From positions 1,129,597 to 1,193,443 of the forward strand of contig NW_003526948.1 of assembly GCF_000181795.1 (NCBI RefSeq): DNA of 63,847 bases, written 5' to 3'. Positions 1 through 22,800 of this stretch are shown piece after piece. Both the position numbers and the translations under genes were made by a program. A model generated the notes under the pieces. That model ran no database searches, was not told the origin of the DNA, and worked only from the letters and a program-made list of their open reading frames with translations. The stretch is from Trichinella spiralis. Taxonomy: Eukaryota. Position 1 is the first letter of the stretch. Every line of letters begins with the position of its first letter.

Positions 1-48
<48 letters not shown>
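1..48. repeat. Compound (CA)n(TA)n microsatellite in a synaptotagmin intron
   Basis: Directly visible. Confidence 0.95.
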
Positions 49-49
<1 letters not shown>

Positions 50-81
50 GTATGTATTTAATAATATGAATGCATGCTTAC

Positions 82-3000
82 CTGCAACACCCGTGAAACT
101 GAATGCTGGAAGATTCTGTGCTTTCAGCACAGCAGTGTTGATTTTATTTGTCGATGGATAGTAGCTGATGGAAATTAAAAGTTCACCTCGAGATTCTACA
201 GTTTGAAACTAAAAATAAACATAATTTATTATTAATAATAATTTTCTTTGTAAAAAATGAAGAAATTCGATCCTGAAACGCAGAGTAAGAGAGAAAATCA
301 AACAGATAAAAATAAAATAACCTTCCAGTTGTGGCTGACCAATTCGACTTCCATTTCGACCGTCTGCTGGGATTGTCTCAGTTCCAGCTCGTTCAAAGGG
401 CATATAGCTTCTCCAATAATTTCATCACGCAAATAACGATCAAAAGCGACGACCGCAAAATGCAATGTCGTATTTTGAAGCTGATTGTAATTGATACCGT
501 AAAAAATGAATTCCTCATCATATACTGGACTGCAAGTGTTGCGCACGACTCGGGTTTTAATTTTGTGCTGCTTGTCCGGAAGCAGCTGCAGTTTGACGTA
601 GGCGTCGACAAGTTGCTTACCGCCAGTGAACGCACCTCGCCTGGTGGGCAGACCGTATGCGTTGCAAATCTGCACCGTCAGGGCATTCTTTTCGAAACTG
701 TATGCCAGCGTGAAGTGCAACATCCCACAACTGTTGTCGGCTTTCCCATTCAACTGGGCAACAGCTCTACTCTTCTGCGCTGCCAACGACTGCTGTTCGT
801 CCGCATCATCTTCACCATTCCCCCCTTCTTCGCAATTCTGCTTCGCCTGCTGATGACGCTGAATTTTCGACTCCTCATCACCAACGTTGTCTCCCCCACT
901 GGCCGACTGGTGCTGCTTTTCACTGTCCACACTTTCCGGCGACTGCATGGGCGATGGCGATTTCTTCAATCCGCCCGGACCTGCGGCATTTTTCAAACTG
1001 ATCACTGGCTTCACTTCGTTCGGTCTCACTGTTTCACGGGGTTCTTTCATTGGACTCAAATAACTGTACCGGTGACGGTGACGACGACGGCTGGCGAAAC
1101 ATGCCGTCACCGCAACCACGCCCACCAGCAACACCGCACCCACACACAGGCCGGTTGTTAACAAATTTGAATCTGAAAATTTATTCATCAACAGCTCCAC
1201 TGATGAAAAATGAACAAACAACGAACAAAAAGCAAAGCAAAAAAGAAAAAAAAATAGTCAAATCACCTGATGAAAACATGCAAATGGATCAGTTTAAATT
1301 GGATATGAAAATTCCGATCAGCATCACCTGCTGCTTGCTGAACGGAGCAGCAAATGACTAGCAGAGAAATAATGGAACGCTCGACGATGTGTGCGCTTTT
1401 ATGGGCAACAATTTTTGGTTACGTCAATGCGCACAAATTGCAACGCACTCGCTTCTCTCAGATAAAACGATGCCCACTAATGAAGCAAAAGCAGGATCGA
1501 CGACTGGTCCTAGTCCCTACTAGGGAAGATTAATTTTAAGCTAATAACCCCGGCCAATAGCCGAACGCTTGTCATCGCGTTTCCTGGATAATATTTTAAC
1601 TCCCTTTCTTTATTATTTTGTTGCGCTCTGAGAAACGTTATTCGATCCTGACAGCCACAAAAAAAAACAATCACTCGAAAGTAGACCATTAAAAAATTGA
1701 TATCTCGGCCAATTTTCCACTGAACACGGTTCAGTATAGAACATTTCGAACAACAAAATCAATATTTAATTATCAAGCGATGCACATTAAGGAAGTTTTT
1801 GATGTCTCTGAGTGCAAGTTTGTTTGTTTTTTTTCTTCTTCTTTTTTTTGGTTTAACAGTTATCAGTCAATCAACTGAGTAACAAATCCGCCACTTAGCT
1901 TAATACAACGCATGCTACACATGTGAAGCTTTTCTTGTGTAAACAATTGTTATCTGATAAATTACAGTGCTATTACGCGAGTGTGCTGAAGTTGGAAAGA
2001 AATTCAATTTTCAGATTAAAACTATACTTCTACAGTAATAACAGGACAAATTTGTTGAAAAGATATCCATTCCAAATGTTTATTTCAGACAAAAAGAGTT
2101 GAATAAACTCATAAAAGTTTATTATCGATTTATATTTTTCACATTTGACGTATTTTTTACATAAACAACAAAAAAGTTTTCATTATTGTTAAACTGCCAA
2201 AATTCAACTGCGTTTTACTTGCTCGACTCATATTACTCTCTCTGCAGCATTGTATTGATTTTACTCGAATAGGTTTTAAATACTTGCTAGAAAATTACAT
2301 TTCAGTGCAAAACTTTGACGAAGAAAATTTTGCGTTGTTTAATTTTATTACATAAAACAAATCAGCAGAGAATTTTCAGAGAAAAATGATTAATGAATCG
2401 ACTGAATTACTGAAATGCATAGCATTATTGAAACCGTATGAACACTGTTGAAGGCCATTTCAATTACACAGAACGCTATTTTAACCTTTATATCATTCTT
2501 ATGAAAATTTTTAACAACCATATTTCACGCACAAATGAATTACCATATGCAAAACAACAACAACAATAATAATAACAGCAACGTACTTAATTATTCATTC
2601 TTCTTCACGCAACAGTAATTTCAAACAACATTTTGTATAATTTCAATAAAACTATGCATGTTAGCTATGGTTCATTTTTTTCTCTGTTGTTCACTTTTAT
2701 ATGATGAAAATTATCAATGCATTAAAATATTCAATGAAAAAAAATTTTCTTTTATGATTTATTACAGTATGTATATTACAGTATATGAAAATGAAGCAAT
2801 CATCCCATGGTGAATATATTATTGAAAATTTAAGAATAATTTATTAAAATTTAAATATTGTCTGGCAACAGGATACTATAGTAAATTTATTTTATCATGT
2901 AGTGCAAAAAAAGTTCAGTTGAAAAAGTATTCAAAGTTGCTTTACAACACGACCACATAGCTGCAATTTCAATAAGTCTCGCAGTCTTTTAAACTCATTC

Positions 3001-5398
3001 TAAATTAAAATAAATTTAAAAAATAAAAGATTAAAATAATAAAAGAATGCCATTCGACTGTGACAACTTTCAAATAAAATAATGTTGCTATTTTTATAAC
3101 ATTGCGCAACATTGAATGCAATGAAAAGTTTCCGCTTATTGAACAAAAAAGAAAGACAAGCCAATAATAATTGCTTTTTTACTTTTTCAATAGATATTCA
3201 TTGATTTTTGAATAAAATAATTCACGTCATGCGTGCGTAATTGAAAAAATATTAATATGTGTTGTAATAAAGGAGAAACATGATGCTTAAAAATTTAAAG
3301 TTTAATTACGAGTGATAAATAATATGATACTTTATTACTTTTATAGGCACGCATTTTGCACGTGATTGATGTTTTCCAAATGAGCAGTACCATGTCAAAG
3401 TTTCATTTGATTCTTAATTATTCTGCTCGAATGGTTTGTGAATACACAGAGTAATTAATAGCTTACAATTCATACGACAGAATAATATGCAGTGAGCGTT
3501 TGCTAAATCATGGTTGCCTGAATAATCAACTGCATAAGAAACATATAAAATTGATGTATAATAAAATAGATTAAACAGTTAATAGCAAATTTATAGGATG
3601 TCACTGTTGAATTATATGATAAACATTCTGCTCACTGAATCGTTACTTTTAATGCAAAGTGCTTTCTTTCACTTTAATTTTATTTCCAAAGGTCAAAAGA
3701 ACTAATCAAACTTTCTAAGCTTTAAATGTGAAGTTTTGTGTAAATCAATTTACTTCGCTGATTTCGGTAAAACGACACTCCCAGAAAGATATAAATTGTT
3801 TTGCACTATTTATTATTATTCCTACGAATGCTAATTTTGTTAACTGTTTGATCAATAATTTTCATAAAGTAAATTGAAAATTCTACAATTAAAGTAAGCT
3901 AAAGAAATGAATCCCTCATGATTATATTAACATATTTCTTATTGCATCATAGATTATTATTTCTTACTGATGGCAATAATTTCAGTTGTGACGATGAAAA
4001 TTCTGTAAATAATCATATATATATATATATATATACGTTCAAAGCTTGCATAATATGTTGTTGTTCTGAGCCAATGAACATCTTAAAATCAGTTTTCATC
4101 AGCAGTGTCTGTATTTCAATATTATTTAACTAAATTGAATTGAATTTTCGCTTTTTCACATTGTTGGTTGTCATTCTAAAAGTAGCTTTAAATTTGCTGT
4201 CGCATGTGATTGCAAAATAACATTCTGATGTATTAATTATGAATTGCAGTTGTCTGCTTAGATTCATTCTTACAAGCTTAGTAAGAATTGTTTATTTATG
4301 CATTAAAAAATAAAGAAAGTTGATAAAAATAAAATGTATGAAATATGCACAGCATTGTGCATTTTATATCAGTGTATCAATCGAATCAAGTAAGGGCAGG
4401 CAAAATGTTAATTTGCGTGATGCAAAGAGAAAGCAACTCTATCAAAAGTGTCAAATCATAAAGAACAAAATTTCACAGAAAATAAAACAGCATAATTTTA
4501 AATTTAACATTTATCAGCAAACTGCTTGTTAAAAAAATAAAATTATCAATACCTACATAAAAACAAGGGCATTGATAACTCTTTGAGTATATGCTTACGT
4601 AACAGTGACTTTCAACCAATAAATAATAACTCAGAAAAATCTTGCGTACAAAAATAGTGAATATCATAAAGCATGCAGAAAATTTTGTTACACACTGCAT
4701 AACTAAAATTGTATCTAAAAAACAGAAATGTTCTATTATTATTATTATTATCATCATCATCTTAAAACACCGGCATGCATGATCAACTTTTTCAAGTACA
4801 AAGGAACAGTGAGTTGATGGGTCTCAAAAATTTAGTATAATTTTAAAACCGAAACCAGTGAATTGAAGTATGGATGATAAAATTGCTTTATTTAAGAAAA
4901 AATTTAGAAAAATGTCGATGAGCTAAATCTAAATTGATTGCACTTGACTGACACGCATGGTAATGATTCGCCTCTGTTTAGTATTATTACATGGCCTATA
5001 GAATGACTTGCAGCTATATTTATTATCTGTTGAGTATCAATCAGTTAAGTACGTTTGCTCATATTTGCGATATTAATAATGATGAAATGGAAAAGATTCA
5101 AATGTATTCTATAAACATGGACAATTTGAAAACGGATGCATTTAATCCATAAAATGAAAAATTCCTGCAATCTTGAATAATTGTTTACAAAGATTACTAC
5201 TAGACGAATAATTAAAAACGAGCAAAATCATAGAACTGTTTGAAATAAGACTTGTTTATTTCGATAAAAAGTCTCATAAGTGACAATAATAAGCTAATAT
5301 ATATATATATATATTTATTTATTTATTTTTTTAAACTTACCTCGAAATTTGTCACTTTTACTGAACTCGGCAAAAGACCGTGATCGCGTGGAAATCAT
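82..5398 (-). CDS. snt-4: Synaptotagmin-4/11-like protein (TM + C2A + start of C2B); 3' part lies outside the window
   Basis: Exons 5398-5341 (MISTRSRSFAEFSKSDKFR, donor GAG|GTAAGT, phase 1), 1172-322 (acceptor TTTTCAG, phase 1; TM GLCVGAVLLVGVVAVTACF; C2A DAYVKLQLLPDKQHKIKTRVVR...LHFAVVAFDRYLRDEIIGE) and 208-82 (C2B start RGELLISISYYPSTNKINTAVLKAQNLP). Splice phases are compatible. The SYT4/11 subfamily call rests on recalled motif similarity. Confidence 0.88.
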
Positions 5399-7200
5399 TT
5401 TTAACTAAACAATTATTAAATATTAGATGTTGCCCAATTTGAATAAAACTAACAGCCTATTTTGCAGCCGGTCAGCAGCAGGTATGCTGCTTTGCCCGTC
5501 AACTGATCTGTCGTAAATGCAAAGCTTGCACTTCGCCTTCTCTGTAACAAGCAACACAGAATCCAATAGCGTAGGCGGATCGACGGTAATTTCCCTCGGC
5601 TTTAAGCCAATTGAAATTGTTTATAGATTAATTTCTTAATCGATGTGATGTCAATACGCTGCTTTTATGATGAAACTCGTCATACTGAACCTGTTTTCCT
5701 TGATGAACGTCTTCCTGAGAAGAAAGCGAAGCTGCCGCTTAAGGCAAGTTTCTGATTAAGCAGCCCAACTTGGCACGTTTATACGTTGGACTAGTGAAAA
5801 TCAATTTTTCAAATGCTGAGGCTGTATGTCTGTTTGTTCTTCGAATTGAGCAATGGCCACATTTTTTCGCCATGGCCGTTTTCACTCCTACTGATCGATA
5901 CTGGAGGAAGCAGTTAAGCCTAATGAACTGGGCCACAAGCGACGGATATACTGTCAACATCAATTAGAAATAACATTTAAATAATATTAATTCAACAACA
6001 ATTTTGTTTTCAAAAACATTTGTCCAAATATACTGCATATGGAAATGATTAATTTCATAATATTTATGCTTCATTCAGTCCAACTGCTATATAATATTTA
6101 TGGCCAATTGCTTTTACATGCAAGTTATCATCGTTATTTAATACACTAAAATGGTTGGTGTAAAATTCGAATATCAATGTTGTGAACATGGATAGCACCA
6201 GTTTTTTATTCAGCGTAAAACTTTTCCGACTGAGCAGTATTATATTGAGGAAAATATTCTATGCTCTAGTAGTCTTATGATTATCATCACTGCTTGAAGC
6301 ATAATAATAGACAGCTTCGTTTTCTAATGCAACGTAGAAAAAGTCATCCATTTCAAGTCGGATCTGCTTTAAGTAAAAGAATGTTTCAGCATTTCACAGC
6401 TCTTTCCGTTATTCGGCTAAACAGCAATGTCATTTTTTCGTTATACGTCACTGAATTCTTTTATTAAATATGAACCAACCACATATTTATATTTATACCT
6501 ATAAAATAACTTCAACTTTTTGCTTGATCAGTTGGTCAATCTGTTCATCATTTTCAACTTCATGGAGAAGTTTTCATGCACAAATGTTTGTTGCTTCTTG
6601 TCACCTTTTTGTTTGTCTGCTTTTTTTATATTTATATATATATATATACTTTTTCCGAGTTTGAAAAATTTCCGAAATTGTTGACGGTGAACTGAGCTGG
6701 TAACACTTCCACCACTTGTGCTTGGTGGGGGATTTTTGGTATTTCGACAATTTTCCATTTCATCTCTGCTGAACAACCAAACGGTGCTGAACATCCGGCA
6801 CGGAGGGTAAAGTTGGCAAATTTGGACGGCTCACAATATTTGTTTTCTGCTACAAATGTTTGCCCACTCGGACAAGGAGAACTGGGCAACGGATGAATGT
6901 TGAAGAAATAATGATAATTCCACCACTGACTGACTGGCAATACGAACAATCTACGGAAACCGAAACAGATGTCGCTGGTGGCATCGTAAGTAACGCTGAG
7001 ACAGATTTGTGAAAGAGTGTAGTTGACGACGCCACACGGTCCCATTTGTCTTCAAAGATTATGAAATCGACGGCGGGGTTCTCTTTGCTGGTCAATCGGT
7101 GTCGTCGATCAAGCTTGAAAATTTCTGATCACTGGGAAATTATTAGCTGCTGCTGTTGATGTGCATCGGTGACGGCAAGTTTTCGCAATAAATAAACTGG

Positions 7201-9388
7201 ATGTCCACAGACACTTGCTGTATTGTCAGCGACGTTTTCGATCTCACCGAAACGACAAGCTTGTATTCCACATCCTCCTCAGGCGCTTGGTCTTCGGCAA
7301 TTTTTCGCTCTCAGAACATGCGCAACGCGTTGTTGGAACACTGTCGACGCTTTCGAGCCGCTTTGAACTCCACCCCTTTTCTACTGCTAGCCGCTTTGAG
7401 CCTATCCCAATTGCTTGTCGCCAGTCTGCTCGCACTGTTCGAAGCTCAACAACAGCTCGACCACGACGCCAGTTTGGCCGAAGCGACTTTACATCGCAGA
7501 GATCAAATTTTACAACGTATTGCTGGATTGCACTTTGAATTAGACCACCAGGATATTCACTACTTCACTTGGGTAAATAAAAGTTTGGATTTACTCGACT
7601 GGTATGAACAGCTACTTTTGGAAACAAATCCCCATCCGCATACTGGCTACGTCTGCTTTTCTCAAATGTTTCTACTGGTGCTCGCGTCCATCTCTACCAC
7701 GGGTATGTATGATGTATTTATATATTCAATTTTCATTTTCCTCACAAAATGTCTGCGCTGTGTGCAACCTTGTTAACGGAAGTTTATTGCATTTCATTTG
7801 TATTATCGAGATAAGGTCAATGTTTGGCGAAATAATTCGCCGCGCAGTTTACCTGATGGAAAGTAGAAATAGAAATGGAAAAATAGGGGTAAAATTCAAA
7901 TGTTTACGTTTCTCTGAAGTGCCAAATTGTTTTTGAATTTATGAAGCTGATAAAGCTAAATTGAGAACTTCATCAGATAGTTCAAATTTCACGGCATAGC
8001 AATGATTAATAAACAAAAACATTCAGTTGACGATGAAGTAAGTAGTTTTAGCTTGACAGAATGCTGATGATGCTCGAGATCAGCTGACGACAATTATTGC
8101 AAGAAAATGATGTCATGTTGCTAAGAACAAACATCAGCTTAATGCTTTAACGAAATTAGTGCTAATTTTCTCCATTATTCCACCGCTTGCGCGGTTAAAA
8201 GTTCTTTTTATTGCGTGTCATCCGCATTTCCACGCTCAACACACACACACACACACAGATATATATATATATGTATGCAGACACTAACTGCCAATTAGGT
8301 TTCCGTTTAAAAATATTTCCCATCTCAGTATTATTTCATTCTGACACAAACGTAGTTTGAACATTGTGGCTTCCGCGTGTGTGTGTGACAACAAGCTGAT
8401 TTTTTAATTTTCTCATAAAAAAATCATCCATTCATTTCATTCAATAATAATGACTAAAGTGATTGAACAAATCAGCTGTCCCCTCAGTTGAAAATGTTCC
8501 ACGCTTTAACAGAGCCAATGTTTGGACAATGTTTTACCTTCAGAGTGAAATGTTTTGCAAAAGAGCAAGCAATTGATCATGTAAAATTGCTGTTATTCAA
8601 ATGTTGTCAAAATTTTACTTACCTCGATATATATATATATATTGCGCTTTTCCCGTATAGGATTCAAACTGCCTGGTCCGAAAACACTGACCGGAAAGGT
8701 TCTTCTCGCAGTGTGGTTTGTTCCAGGATTGTTTCTCTTTTTCCGAACTGCCATCGATTATGGAACCGCACTGTACGCTTTGCTGTTACGAATTTTTCAT
8801 CTTCTGCATATTCAGAGTGATTTTCGACTTGTCGCTGCTTTGTCAACTGGCTTTTCAGTGCTGATATTTTTGGCGACAGTGCTTCTGACCCGACTGACAC
8901 TTTGTGATAGCATCGTTGAAGCAATGGAAATGAACATCTACAGCTGGCTGTTGATTGGTACAGGTCACAAATTGGATCAGAGTAAAAATGCCGTGAAAGG
9001 ATTTTTCATCTGCGTTGCATTTCTTTCCGTAATGATGTTCTCATTTCTAACCCAGGTATTGTTGTCGTGCAGAACAGAAATTTTCAATCGTCTCAAAGCG
9101 GCTTTGGCCATTCAACTGCAAAATTCTCCAAGACTACTATTGCACGACGACACTTGGTTACCTCGTCTATTTCAACAAAGTGTAAAGTATAGAATTTTGC
9201 TGAGCCTGCTTGATCAACGGGACCGAAAAGAGTTGCGATGCATCTGGTTTCGTCTGTGCAATTCTGTAGATCAAGACGCACAAACTGACCTGTTGGCAAG
9301 TGACGCAACTACACAAACTGCTGACATACGGAAAGTGACCATCGATTCTGGCATTGAAAATTCTTGCGCAAAAGCTTCAACCTCTTAA
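7201..9388 (+). CDS. Divergent two-pore-domain (TWK/K2P) potassium channel-like protein, ~409 aa, 2 exons
   Basis: Exons 7201-7702 (ACG G|GTATGT) and 8661-9388 (TAG|GA) join in frame. Order of elements: TM1, cap-like loop (W..SLDLLDWYEQLL), P1-like LASISTTG|FKLPGPKTLTGK, TM2 ending VPGLFLFF, TM3, P2-like IYSWLLIGTGH, TM4. The phase-1 intron splits the P1 glycine codon, a common intron position in K2P genes. Confidence 0.72.
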
Positions 9389-10365
9389 AAAACATCATTC
9401 GTTCAAAATATACTACAGCAGCAGCTGTAAGTAGGCAAGAAGAAAAAAGAAGAATACTTACACAAAACCAAATTGCCGATTGTTCTGTTTCAACTGCTGA
9501 CTGCTTGTTATTTGCAAAATTTATTTTTTTTGCTCGTACTTGAAACTGAATATAAAATAGAATAAATGCAAAAAACAAAATTATGAAACTACGAAAACAA
9601 CATCTACCGCTCAACTGAGCTCAATGAACTTCACCTTTCACTATTATTGCCTACCATAGCAAAAACTTAATTTTGAAAAAGATTAATAAATAAACTGTTG
9701 AATGAAATGCATCGACAAAAGCAAATAGAATGGAAAAAAAAACAAGGAAGAACACCCTGTTCCACATTGTTTTTTTTTACTTTCACTCAGAAATGCAGAA
9801 GACGGAAAAGGCATTTTGAAAACAGTTCTCAGGATAATGATAAAGCGTGCGCTAATAGACAGACAAAAAATGAAAAGTGTCGTAGTCATTATTTCATTGG
9901 AAGCAATTGCGAGTTGAATACAATCGCAACACCAATTGAACGTCATTATTCACGTGGAAGATGCCTCTGCACAATGCTGTCTATCTCTGCAGATACGCAG
10001 ACGAACAGCAGCACTGCTGTGATATATCACTTGTGAGGATAACTAATATTATGCAAAGCTTAAAAAACACACTTTTTTCCACACCTGAGACGTAGGCTCT
10101 AATGAAAGAAAAAAAACTTGACTTCAACTTCGACACCATCACTGCACCAGTGTAGAAGCAAAATAAAGCGGAACAGCTAAAAGCAAAGCGACGACATTAT
10201 GTTACATGACAGGATGGAAGACGGCATGAGTGTTGTTCCTAAACAACGCCTCAAAATTTTCAGCAATATAACTGAAAAAACGGCTAGAACACCAAAAGCG
10301 CAGAACAAGCAACACTGAGGCCAACAAGAGTAGTAATTCATAATAAGATATTGTGATTTCATTTC

Positions 10366-19853
<9,488 letters not shown>

Positions 19854-22800
19854 TGATGACCACGTTGAAATCTAAAATAGAGAATATTCCAACTAATAGA
19901 ATTTTCACATCAATTTGCACACAGTAAAGTCAATATATGAAAAATTAATAAGACGCATTGTTGAAAAATAAGAAGTAACAAAATTAAGATAAGTAGTGTT
20001 CTTTCGAGTGATTGATGAATGTTTTGCAAAAGCCAAAAAATCATTGCAAAACTTTAATCGAATTCAATCTTCTAATTGAAAATTTTAATCTCTTAGAAGA
20101 CAGTCAACAGCATAACGTGCAAATTTGAAAGCGACAACTAAATTAATCGACTTCATCTAAAAAGATATTGGTGCATTATATCATAATTGCAGCAGCACGC
20201 ATGTGTTAAACCACCAAATACCAAGCTCACGCTAAGCAAATATGCACAAACAGCAAAATAAACGACAATTTGAAATTATTAACCAGTGCATTGCAATGGA
20301 GATTGAAAGACCAACTGAACAACAACAAACGCATTGGTTTTATAAAAAAAAAATAGAACAAATAACCGTAACCATTTTTTTAATCAAGTACAATAAAATA
20401 TACAGTACGAATTGACATGAAATGTGAAAAAATGACCAAGAACAATTGTGAACTAGTTCTACCAATGACTTTGCATTTCAGCAAGTGAACAATCAGAATA
20501 ATTTTCGCAAAAATATTATATGCAATTTTAAATTATATCTTGTTATAAATTATTATTATATTTTTCAATGAATAATAGAGTGGGAAAGTTTGAAAAAGCG
20601 AAAAACCAACTGGTCATTAAAATGGACCTATTAAAACGTATACATTTATAAAAGTGTAAAGTGGAATATATTATGTTGTAGGAAAAAATTGCACTCATCA
20701 GCAATCTAGAAAGGGAAGCGTTCGATCAAAAAAAAAGTTCCACCCTCTCTTCCCCTTCACATCCTATGATCCACATGAGGCAGGCGGATGATATATTTTC
20801 CAAGAATAAAACTTTCACAAAAACAAACAATTATCTAGTCCCTTTGTGAATTGGCATATTTGTTTTTTTGCAAACAAGCCAAAGAAGCACCAACCCGTTG
20901 ACCAGCCAGCAACTGGAAAAACAATCAATATTGAATCGATGTACCTACCAATTTTAATTGACAATTTTGCTCGACTCCTTTTTCCACCAATTCTGTTCAA
21001 CCTTTTTTCAATTTTGACGTTGTCCAATTAGTCCAAAGTTCTCCTCTTGGCTGACGTCATAAAGAAAAGTGTGTTCAATTGAGGGAAATTATTGAACAAA
21101 TTTTGCCTAATGAAAAAATGATCGAAACCGACTTCTCTCTTCTGGTCAACTTTGCTGTCATCAGAAATAAGCAATTGAATATACCGTTTTTAAAATAATT
21201 AATTAACAACGGCATCCAAGCTTGTTTTTTTCAATACAAGCCTTGCACTTCGAGGATTCCTTTTTATTCCTACGACACATGGAATGCTTTTAAGATGTCA
21301 TCTGAAATTCCGTACGTATCTGTTCAGTAGAAGAAGATTGCAAATGGAATAATTCAAAACAATAATTTACCCCTGTATCGACTTGACCAAATGCCAACGT
21401 TCACTTTTAGACATTTTGCAATTTAATTATTGTGAACATTATTCTGTTGTGCAAATTTAAATATATTTAAAATGTCAAAAACGAACATTAATCAACATTA
21501 AATTACGGGCACAATTGGACATTTGAACTCCGAACAGATGCATAAATTCCAACGAAAAAGCTTCAATTTCCGAACAAGAGCAACTTCTTTTATATACATG
21601 TTGTGCCGTTGGAAAATGTGGATTAATAATTTACTTGTGAAAAAACATTTCATCGCAATTGACAATTCATTTGCAAATCGCTCATCACAAATTGCTAGAC
21701 AATGAATAGTTTCGTTGACAAGTGTGTTCACGGACGGGCATTTTAATAAATAGTAAATTTTCTCAATTATATATACTACACCCACACGTAGAAATTATAC
21801 AACATTCGTATATAATAAAGAGAAAAAGTGCACATTGTCACTGTTGATAGTCAAAGTTCCAGTTGCGAGTGCTATTTCATTATCTCTATGTATAATGATG
21901 AGAAAAATTGAAAAATTTAAAATTGCCACGTGGAAGATTGTTGCTATTGAACGACAAAATTGAAATATCAAAAAATTTCCATTCGATTGAAAAGAAAAAA
22001 TGAAAGGGTGAATAATAGAAGAAGAAAAAAAAATAAGAGAGAGGGGGAAATAATCTTAATGGACAATAAAAATGCAGATGACGTCAAGTTGGTAGATTGA
22101 TCACCGAAAAATTAGCAATGCATGATCAAATGACAAATAGAAAATTTTCACCTTAAATTAAACGAACGTCACAAGTGGAACTGCTGTTATTTTTCACGTC
22201 CAAAGCGCATTATACAAACATACAAGAGAATGTATTATTCAGATTTCAAATGTCAATACATACCGGATATTGAAAGAAGTGTACAACAATTTGAAAAGAA
22301 AAACAATTTCAAAAGTTTCAATTGATGCAATTGATTCAGATGTGAATATTTATGAAAGAAGAAACTTGCAATAATTTCTTCGCAGTTTTACATCTGTTCG
22401 ATTACTGTAAATTACCATTCGCGGAGAATATAGTAAAATGAACAACATTTGGATAAACTGCACAGTGGAACTTGATTCACATGTGGTGCATTTAAAGGAA
22501 AAATGCATTGATAAATGAATGATATTTGTGCACGGGAATCGATAAAATTTTCAAAACTTGCAAATAAAGAACATGTGCAATGTGAATATGCAAAATGAGT
22601 GAGATCAGTTGTATAGCTAATGATGATAGAATTATAATTAAAATTGTAAAAAATATTTCGAATGTTGAGTGGAAAAATGAAAGCAAATTGTAATGCTGAG
22701 TAATCATTGTGCAATAATGATTTGTTGCCGAGTGAATTTTGCAAGAAAGAAATAAGCAATCACCAGTCGATTCATAGTACATAGGTTGCATAAATTGTCA

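Noticed and set aside
331..1161. 276-aa plus-strand ORF (likewise 53755-54375 -, 45404-45844 -, 41473-42314 +, 27593-27958 +)
   Set aside because: Antisense shadows of GC-richer real exons, with no recognisable motifs.
1173..1221. ORF-track N-terminus for synaptotagmin (MFVHFSS.../MNKFS)
   Set aside because: It overlaps a consensus TTTTCAG acceptor that has a phase-matched upstream exon at 5398-5341, so it is more likely intron read-through.
5450..5967. GC-richer, coding-looking block with several short ORFs
   Set aside because: No frame stays open or matches a known family; better explained as 5' leader or promoter sequence of the synaptotagmin gene.
7201..9388. K2P-like gene nested in an unc-104 intron
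   Set aside because: unc-104 ends with its PH domain and TGA at 10366, so the genes are convergent neighbours. The minus-strand exon at 5341 belongs to synaptotagmin.
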